Assembly: GCF_036116635.1 (NCBI RefSeq)
Contig: NZ_CP107995.1
Span: 2,163,229 to 2,187,228 of the forward strand
DNA: 24,000 bases
Direction of reading: 5' to 3'
Source: Amycolatopsis sp. NBC_00345
GTDB lineage: Bacteria; Actinomycetota; Actinomycetes; Mycobacteriales; Pseudonocardiaceae
The notes under the pieces are model-generated. The model was not told the DNA's origin, searched no databases, and saw only the letters and a program-made list of their open reading frames with translations. A program made the position numbers and the translations under genes. Shown here in pieces: positions 8,543 through 14,327 of this stretch (positions are counted from its first letter, which is position 1; the number at the start of each line of letters is the position of its first letter).

Positions 8543-9769
8543 TCAGTGCGCCTGCGGAGCCGAGCCGGTCGACGGCGGGGCCGCGCAAGGCGCCGACGTC
8601 GCCGGGGGAGCACCCGTCAGCCCGCCGAGCAGGGTGCCCAGGAGCGTGCCCAGCGTGTCGGTGACCCCGCACAGCGCGTTCGGCTGCGGGCCGGGCACCG
8701 GGGGCGCCGGCGGGACGGCCGGAGTCGGGGAAGGCGGGGCCGGTGGCGTGGGCGTGGGACTCGGACCGGGTGATGGCGGCTGGGGTTCCGGGCCTGGCTG
8801 AGTCTGAGCGGACGGCGGGGACGGCACCGGGGCAGGCCCGGCGGCCGGGGCGGCGGACGGCACCTTCTCCACTTGGGCGGCCATGGCGTATTCGTTGTCC
8901 GGCAAGGCTGTCATGCCGGTGCTGTAGGTGTTCATCCAAGCCCGCACCAGGTTGAGGTAGGTGGCGGAGTGGTTGTAGCTGAGGATGGCGGCGGTGAGCC
9001 CGTCGGCCGTGGCGAGGTCGCGGCCGGCGCAGAGGTACCTGGCACTGGCCAGGCTGGCGTCGTACACGTTGTGGGGACTGCTGATCGCGTCGCCGTTGCC
9101 GTCGGACGCCCAGCGGGCCCAGGTCCCCGGGATGAACTGCATGGGCCCCACCGCCCGGTCCCACACCGCGTCACCGTCCCACCGGCCGCCGTCGGTGTCG
9201 GGGACCGCCGCGAACGCGCCGCCGTCGAGGACCGGGCCGAGGATCGGCTGGAGCGTGGTGCCCGCCGCGTCGACCTGGCCGCCACGGGCGTGCCCGGACT
9301 CCACTTTGCCGATCGCGGCCAGCAAAGCCACCGGCAGGTGGCAGGCCGGTTGAAGGGCGTCCGAACGCAGCTGCGCCGATCGGTAGGCGTCGAGCACGGT
9401 CGACGGGATCCCGTTGGTGAGCGTGATCCGGACCCTCGGCCCGTCATCCGGAAGCGGCGGGATCGGCTGATCGCCGGAGAACGTGGGCAGGTCGCCGGAC
9501 GGCAGTGGCGCGGTCGGCGGGACGTTGCCGTCGGCCCCCTGTGGATAAGGCGCCGGCCCACCGGCGGGCGGGGCGAGCGGTGTAGCCCGACCGGCCGGCC
9601 CGGCCGCGCCGGGTGCCGCGCCCGTGGCCAGTCCGATGAGGAGCGCGGCGGACAGCCCGAGAACGCCCGCCGACGAGGGGCGCCGGATACGGCCCGCGGG
9701 GGCGGCGGTCCGGCCCGCGCTCCGGCGGCCGCGCCGAACCTGATCCTGGTTACCAGACGACTTGGTCAA
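8543..9769 (-). CDS. Secreted lytic transglycosylase-like protein with a Pro-rich C-terminal tail
   Basis: N-terminal Arg-rich segment then hydrophobic signal-like segment: ...RIRRPSSAGVLGLSAALLIGLATGAAPGAAG. SLT/MltB-like core: LLAAIGKVESGHARGG...GPMQFIPGTWARWASDGNGDAISSPHNVYDASLASARYLCAGRDL...ILSYNHSATYLNLV. The C-terminus is a PxP-rich linker. Start codon is TTG at 9769, preceded by gagagga. Confidence 0.75.
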   Translation of the reverse strand: MTKSSGNQDQVRRGRRSAGRTAAPAGRIRRPSSAGVLGLSAALLIGLATGAAPGAAGPAGRATPLAPPAGGPAPYPQGADGNVPPTAPLPSGDLPTFSGDQPIPPLPDDGPRVRITLTNGIPSTVLDAYRSAQLRSDALQPACHLPVALLAAIGKVESGHARGGQVDAAGTTLQPILGPVLDGGAFAAVPDTDGGRWDGDAVWDRAVGPMQFIPGTWARWASDGNGDAISSPHNVYDASLASARYLCAGRDLATADGLTAAILSYNHSATYLNLVRAWMNTYSTGMTALPDNEYAMAAQVEKVPSAAPAAGPAPVPSPPSAQTQPGPEPQPPSPGPSPTPTPPAPPSPTPAVPPAPPVPGPQPNALCGVTDTLGTLLGTLLGGLTGAPPATSAPCAAPPSTGSAPQAH

Positions 9770-9925
9770 ACCGGCTCATCCTCTCAGCTCGTATCCATGG
9801 CGAGAACGGGCGACCGCCGGGAATTCAGTAGAGCACCGGCCGGGGCCGGATCACGGGCCGCGCGCGGTGAATTGTCTGTGCGGGAAACCGATACCGCCTG
9901 GCCGGGTTGCCCGCGGAGACGCCGC

Positions 9926-10546
9926 TCAGATCAATCCTTCTTGCAGAGCGAAGGCGACGGCGTGGGTCCGATTGCGAAGGTGGAAGCGGCTGACCACGTC
10001 GTGCAGCGTGTTCTTGATGGTGCGCTCCGAATAACAAAGCTCTTCGGCGATCTCCTTGATCTCGTTTCCCTGGGCGATTAACCGCAGCACGGTCGCCTCC
10101 CGTTCGGAGATGCCCGAGAAGTGCAGGCCGCGGGGCGCCAGTACCTGGTTCTGCAGCCGGGAAACCTGTTCGAGCAGCCGGCCGAGCAGCTTGGGGGACA
10201 GGACGCCCTCCATCGCGGCGGCGTGTGTGATCGCGGTGGTGAGCCGCTCCGGGGTCGCTTCGGCTCGCGACACCACACCGCAGACGCCGGCTTCCACCGC
10301 GGCCAGCAGCGCCGCGTCGTCGGGAGCGGAAAGCACCGTGATGATCCGTGGTGCGCCTTCGCCGCGCAGCGCGCGGATCAAGTCGATGGCCGGTGGGTTG
10401 ATCACGTCGACGACCGCGACGACGACGTCCGGCCCGTCGCTCATCGCCGGCACCATGGTCAGCTCCGGTCTGGACCGCAGCTGCGTGATCACCCCCGTCT
10501 CGGAGATCGGATCCAACCCGCGTACGTGGACCGGGATTCGCTGCAT
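9926..10546 (-). CDS. Atypical NarL/LuxR-family response regulator (206 aa)
   Basis: ATG at 10546 (MQRIPVHVRGLDPISETGV...) is preceded by GGAGG at a 7-nt spacing. A receiver-like N-terminal half is followed by C-terminal LuxR HTH ISEREATVLRLIAQGNEIKEIAEELCYSERTIKNTLHDVVSRFHL. The 613-aa track ORF (9926..11767) is a high-GC extension that runs antisense through the next gene. Confidence 0.85.
   Translation of the reverse strand: MQRIPVHVRGLDPISETGVITQLRSRPELTMVPAMSDGPDVVVAVVDVINPPAIDLIRALRGEGAPRIITVLSAPDDAALLAAVEAGVCGVVSRAEATPERLTTAITHAAAMEGVLSPKLLGRLLEQVSRLQNQVLAPRGLHFSGISEREATVLRLIAQGNEIKEIAEELCYSERTIKNTLHDVVSRFHLRNRTHAVAFALQEGLI
10079..10081 (-). other. In-frame TTA (Leu) codon in the atypical response regulator
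   Basis: The minus-strand codons read gtg ctg cgg TTA atc gcc cag, encoding V-L-R-L-I-A-Q. Confidence 0.9.
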
Positions 10547-10607
10547 GGTCTGGCCTCCTGCGCTGTCAAGGGCCGTGGTGAAGTCCGTCGAGGCCAGTCT
10601 TCGGTGG

Positions 10608-10629
10608 CCGCTCAACACCCGCTCAACAT
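10608..10629. promoter_or_regulatory. Two tandem 11-bp direct repeats (ccgctcaacaC / ccgctcaacaT); candidate activator (SARP- or RR-type) binding site
   Basis: 10608-10618 and 10619-10629 are identical at 10 of 11 positions and exactly abutting, giving one-helical-turn periodicity. They lie in the 234-bp divergent region, about 62 nt from the RR start codon and about 151 nt from the Trp-rich gene start. The repeat is certain. Its function is inferred. Confidence 0.35.
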
Positions 10630-10780
10630 GACCGGCCGGGAAGAGATCGCCGGGCCGGCGGGCGCCGCCGTGGCTGCCTCCGAGGGCAACGGCGAGTGTC
10701 CGTGGTGCCACCTCGGTGGTCCTCGCGCACCGCGACGCCGCGTCGTTACCGTCAACCGAAACAGCAGAAAGGTTCGACAG

Positions 10781-11782
10781 ATGGACGATATGGCGGTTAC
10801 GGCCATTCTGGCGGTTCCGGCTGATCTGCTCGGGACGGACACCGAAAAGTTCTTGGATGTGATCATCGACGCTTATCCGGGTGGTGAGGGCCCGAATTCG
10901 CTGGACGACTTCGTCACCCTGGTGGGCGAGCGGGAGCCGTCGTTCGCCGGTGCCGCCGAAGAATTCAGGGAGAACTTGCGGGCGGAGGGCGTCGACGGCC
11001 ACTGGGCCGAGATCGCCCGAACCTTCGTGAATGATGCCGGATCCGGCGCGCGGCTGTCGGATCTGCACGAGCAGTTCAGTGAAGAGCCGGAAGCCGACGA
11101 CGAACCGGCGGACGATGATGTCGCGGCCGAGACCGTCGAAGAGCCCGGTGACTGGGCGGCTTTCTGCGCCGAGAACCGGGAGTTCTGGCTGGGCTGGGAC
11201 GGGACGGATTGGGACGGGTGGCGGGCGGCGTTCGCCGAGGGCGCGGCCCAGGGCCGGGTTGACGGGGATCTGGCGGCGCACCTGGTCTGGATGGACAGCC
11301 TGGAGGCGGCGGGCCGGATGGCCTATCTGCGCGACACGCTCGGGTTCGCGATCAACGAGGACGCGCTGGCCGCCGTTTCGGCCGCTGCCGCTTCCGGTGA
11401 CTGGAATGCCTTCTGCGCCGAGAACCGGGACTTCTGGCAGGGGTGGGACGGCGCGGATTGGGCCGGGTGGCGGGCGGCGTTCGCGGAGGGGGCTGTGGGT
11501 GCCGGGGTCGGTGCGGATCTGGACCCGCATCTGTCCTGGATGGACAGTCTCGACGCGGCGGGCCGGATGGCCTACCTGCGCGACACGCTCGGATTCGCGA
11601 TCAACGAGGACGCATTCGCCGAAGCGAGCGGCACAGCTTCGGGGGAAGAGCCCAGCGAGGAAACGCAGATCCCGGCCGACCTCGCCGGTGAGATCGCCGC
11701 GCAGGTCCCCGGATTCGAGCAACTGTCCGATGAGGAGATCGCCGCGGTCGTGGCCGAGGCCCTGCAAGAAGCGGAGGAGTGA
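10781..11782 (+). CDS. Acidic hypothetical protein A: novel N-terminal domain, Asp/Glu linker and two ~83-aa Trp-rich modules
   Basis: ATG at 10781 is preceded by gaaagg. Sequence: MDDMAVTAILAVPADLLGTDTEKFLDVIIDAYPGGEGP... then EEPEADDEPADDDVAAETVEEP, then two copies of W.AFCAENR.FW.GWDG.DW.GWRAAFAEGA...DL..HL.WMDSL.AAGRMAYLRDTLGFAINEDA. The upstream part of track ORF 10121..11782 is Arg/Gly-rich junk. I recognise no family. Confidence 0.8.
   Translation: MDDMAVTAILAVPADLLGTDTEKFLDVIIDAYPGGEGPNSLDDFVTLVGEREPSFAGAAEEFRENLRAEGVDGHWAEIARTFVNDAGSGARLSDLHEQFSEEPEADDEPADDDVAAETVEEPGDWAAFCAENREFWLGWDGTDWDGWRAAFAEGAAQGRVDGDLAAHLVWMDSLEAAGRMAYLRDTLGFAINEDALAAVSAAAASGDWNAFCAENRDFWQGWDGADWAGWRAAFAEGAVGAGVGADLDPHLSWMDSLDAAGRMAYLRDTLGFAINEDAFAEASGTASGEEPSEETQIPADLAGEIAAQVPGFEQLSDEEIAAVVAEALQEAEE
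11147..11644 (+). repeat. Intragenic tandem duplication, 2 x 249 nt (83-aa Trp-rich module)
   Basis: ggtgactgggcggctttctgcgccgagaaccgggagttctgg starts at 11147. ggtgactggaatgccttctgcgccgagaaccgggacttctgg starts at 11396. The period is 249 nt and in frame. Confidence 0.9.
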
Positions 11783-11787
11783 GCGAA

Positions 11788-12318
11788 ATGACTGCCCCAG
11801 CGGGTGGCGCCGGCGTCGAAAACCACGGTGTCATCACACGTAACCTCAGGGCCTTCCTGCGCGCGAACCGGGATGTGCTGCGCCGGCTCGGGCAGTGCCT
11901 GGCCGTCGAAGAAGGCGACGCGGAGCCGGCGCCGGTTCGGGTGCACGTGGACATGGAAGGAATCGGCACGGTGGACGACGACGTGACCACGCTGTACACC
12001 GACGGGTTCGGGGGATGCATCGGCGTGGTCCTCCTCGGTCCCGGGAACACCCGCACCCTGGCCCACATCTATTCCGGCCACATTCCGGCCGCCCGGGCCG
12101 CTTCGGCGCCGGAGTGGGGAAGGGTCGGCCAGTTCCGGCAGCTCGCGGCGGCGGCCGACGTCTACCACGTCTACCAGCAGCCCTCTTACTGGGCGCCGGG
12201 AGACGGGGGATCCTGCGACGAATTCCTGGCGTATTTCCGCCTGGACCCGACACGGACCGCCTTTCACGGCGCGCCGGCCGTCGTCGAGGTCGGGCCCACG
12301 GGCGAGGTAACGCCGTAG
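11788..12318 (+). CDS. Small hypothetical protein with a CheD/CNF1/BLF1-like xGC...H (Cys-His) motif; possible deamidase/cysteine-hydrolase fold
   Basis: ATG at 11788 lies 8 nt after GGAGGAG (11773-11779). An alternative GTG at 11779 overlaps the upstream stop. Motif: VRVHVDMEGIGTVDDDVTTLYTDGFGGCIGVVLLGPGNTRTLAHIYSGH. The Cys codon is at 12016-12018 and the His codon at 12064-12066, 16 residues apart. In CheD the motif is ...TLGLGSCVAV...AHVMLP with a 17-residue spacing. This is a by-eye similarity only. Confidence 0.7.
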   Translation: MTAPAGGAGVENHGVITRNLRAFLRANRDVLRRLGQCLAVEEGDAEPAPVRVHVDMEGIGTVDDDVTTLYTDGFGGCIGVVLLGPGNTRTLAHIYSGHIPAARAASAPEWGRVGQFRQLAAAADVYHVYQQPSYWAPGDGGSCDEFLAYFRLDPTRTAFHGAPAVVEVGPTGEVTP

Positions 12319-12382
12319 CCCGCCGACAGCTCCGCCCAGAACGACCCCGTGTCCCAGAAGGACTGGAAAGGTACGACGACAG

Positions 12383-13441
12383 ATGGACGACACAGCCGTT
12401 GCGGCCATTCTGGCGGTTCCCGTCGACTTGCTCGGCGCGGACAGCGAGAAATTCTTCGACCTGGTCATCGACGCCTACCCGGGCGGGGAGGGTCCGGAGC
12501 TGGACGAGTTCTTGACTCAGGTGCGTGAGCGGGAACCGTCGTTCAGCACTGCCGTCGAGACCTTCGAGGAGAACTTGAAGGCCGAGGGCCTCGATCGGTA
12601 CTGGCCCGATATCACGCGCGCCTTCGTGAACGAGGCAGGCACGGGGGCGCGGCTGGACCAGCTCCGGGAACAGCTTGAGGAAGAGGCGGAGTTCGAGGAA
12701 GAACCGGCGGACGAGGCCGACGCCCCGGTCGCCGATTCCGGCGGCTGGGAGGCGTTCTGCGCCGAGAACCGGGCGTTCTGGCTGGGCTGGGATGGCGCGG
12801 ATTGGGCGGGGTGGCGGGCCGCGTTCGCGGAGGGGGCTGTGGGTGCCGGGGTGGGTGCGGACCTGGATCCGCATCTGTCCTGGATGGACGGACTCGACCT
12901 ACCGGGTCGGTTGGCGTATTTGCGTGACACGCTGGGGTTCTCCGTCAACGAGGAGGCACTGGCCGGCGCCGGTTCCGGTGGCTGGGAGGCGTTCTGCGCC
13001 GAGAACCGGGATTTCTGGCAGGGCTGGGACGGCGCGGATTGGGACACTTGGCGGGCAGCGTTTGCCGAGGGGGCTGCGGGTGCCGGGGTGGGTGCGGATC
13101 TGGATCCGCATCTGTCCTGGATGGACGGACTCGACCTGCCCGGCCGGTTGGCGTATTTGCGTGACACGCTCGGATTCTCCGTCAGCGAGGAGGCCTTCGC
13201 CGAAGCGAGCGGTGCGGCTCCGGCGGGCGACGTCGGCGCCCAGCCCTCCGAAGCGGAAGTCTCGGCGGCGATCGAAGCGGCCGAGCAGGCGATCCAGGGG
13301 CTTCCGCCGGAACAACAGGTCATCCCGCCGGAGATCGTCTCGGAGATGTTCAAGGAGTTTCCCGAGGCGGCGTTCATGGATCCGGCCGAGATCGCCACGG
13401 TCATCAGGGATGCCTCGTTGCAGATCGCGGCGTCAGCCTGA
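12383..13441 (+). CDS. Acidic hypothetical protein B, paralogue of 10781..11782 (two ~79-aa Trp-rich modules plus a distinct C-terminal tail)
   Basis: ATG at 12383 is preceded by ggaaagg. The leader and first codons resemble those of gene A (gaaaggt.cgac..agATGGACGA). Sequence: MDDTAVAAILAVPVDLLGADSEKFFDLVIDAYPGGEGP..., acidic linker EEEAEFEEEPADEADAP, then two copies of GGWEAFCAENR.FW.GWDGADW..WRAAFAEGA.GAGVGADLDPHLSWMDGLDLPGRLAYLRDTLGFSV. Confidence 0.8.
   Translation: MDDTAVAAILAVPVDLLGADSEKFFDLVIDAYPGGEGPELDEFLTQVREREPSFSTAVETFEENLKAEGLDRYWPDITRAFVNEAGTGARLDQLREQLEEEAEFEEEPADEADAPVADSGGWEAFCAENRAFWLGWDGADWAGWRAAFAEGAVGAGVGADLDPHLSWMDGLDLPGRLAYLRDTLGFSVNEEALAGAGSGGWEAFCAENRDFWQGWDGADWDTWRAAFAEGAAGAGVGADLDPHLSWMDGLDLPGRLAYLRDTLGFSVSEEAFAEASGAAPAGDVGAQPSEAEVSAAIEAAEQAIQGLPPEQQVIPPEIVSEMFKEFPEAAFMDPAEIATVIRDASLQIAASA
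12740..13213 (+). repeat. Intragenic tandem duplication, 2 x 237 nt (79-aa Trp-rich module)
   Basis: ggcggctgggaggcgttctgcgccgagaaccgggcgttctgg starts at 12740. ggtggctgggaggcgttctgcgccgagaaccgggatttctgg starts at 12977. The period is 237 nt and in frame. Confidence 0.9.
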
Positions 13442-13449
13442 CCGGCGGT

Positions 13450-14308
13450 TCAGCCGGAAGACCAGGAAACCTGGACGCGCCGGCGGAGCCACTCTTTGAG
13501 CTCGACCCGGAGGAACCAGGCGCCGAGCCACGAACTGCGGTCACGGAGGACGCCCCGGGTCGGCTCCGGCAGGTCCGCGACCACGGTCCGCGTTGGAGGC
13601 GGGCCCGGCCCTGGTCGTCGGCGCGCTTGAGTGGCTGGTGACCAACCCGGGGTACGGCCGGACCGTGGACCGCGCCGCCCGGGCGATCCGGTCGGCTCTC
13701 GGCGGGGCCCGCCGCGTTCGGGTCCGCCGGCGGGGCCGGGGCGCCCTTCCGGGTCGAGTATTCGCTGAGGATGGCCATGATCTTCGTCTGGACGGCCGGA
13801 TCCAGCTTTCCGGTTTCCTGCCAGAAGGCGTTCTGGTCCATCGCCCGGTCGAGCGCGTCGCCGTACCAGGGTAGCTGTGCAACAGGCCCATGGTCGATTC
13901 CGGCAGACGATCGAGGTAGGCCTCGGCCTCCGCGACGGCTTGCTGGTCCGGGGGATTCCCGGTGATCCGCCTTCCCACGTAGGCAAAGGGGGAGGCGCCG
14001 GGGTCGGGCGGGTCCGCGGAGGCGGGGCTTCGCTGGGGAGACTCGCCTCTGAGCTGAGCGGGGTGAGCACCAGTGCCTCGACGGGACCGTGCAAAGCCAC
14101 CATGGGCGACGTCGAAGTCGTACGCCGTGTTGAGGTGGAGTTCGGGCTTCGGTGCCGGCTGGCGGGCGCCGTCCAGGATCGCCGTCAGCGCGACGTCGTT
14201 GCGCAGGTTCACGGTGTGCTCGGTGTACATCCGCACGGTCTGGCCTCGCGGCACGAAAGTCGTTCCGCCGTCGGGATCCTCGCCATGGCCGGAGACGATG
14301 GTGGTCAC
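13450..14308 (-). pseudogene. Frame-disrupted gene directly downstream of the deaminase gene (candidate decayed immunity/partner gene, or local assembly indels)
   Basis: A GTG start at 14308 lies 19 nt after the deaminase stop. The first ~65 codons (MTTIVSGHGEDPDGGTTFVPRGQTVRMYTEHTVNLRNDVALTAILDG...) have high third-position GC. After that, the frame with coding-like GC3 and sensible residues switches four times. It moves near 14105 into the frame of track ORF 13450..14103, and returns near 14025. Near 13880 it moves into the frame of ORF 13404..14321 (QLPWYGDALDRAMDQNAFWQETGKLDPAVQTKIMAILSEYSTRKG). Near 13595 it moves into the frame ending at 13450 (VVADLPEPTRGVLRDRSSWLGAWFLRVELKEWLRRRVQVSWSSG*). 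Switch points are by-eye estimates. Confidence 0.45.
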
Positions 14309-14327
14309 GGGCGCTCCTCACCGGTGC

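Noticed and set aside
9880-9914. Imperfect hairpin (gcgggaaacc...ggtt.gcccgc) just downstream of the response-regulator stop, as an intrinsic terminator
   Set aside because: The stem is only 5+4 bp with a mismatch, the loop is ~14 nt, and no U-tract follows on the minus strand. This is too weak to call.
10564-10569. Perfect TTGACA (minus strand) upstream of the response-regulator gene, as a -35 element
   Set aside because: It ends only 17 nt before the ATG and overlaps the RBS region, leaving no room for a -10 element and leader. The match is probably fortuitous.
10547-11767. N-terminal extension of the response-regulator ORF (track 9926..11767, 613 aa) and the upstream part of track ORF 10121..11782
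   Set aside because: The extensions run antisense through each other's real coding regions and are low-complexity. Internal ATGs with good RBSs (10546 on minus, 10781 on plus) give proteins of normal length and domain content.
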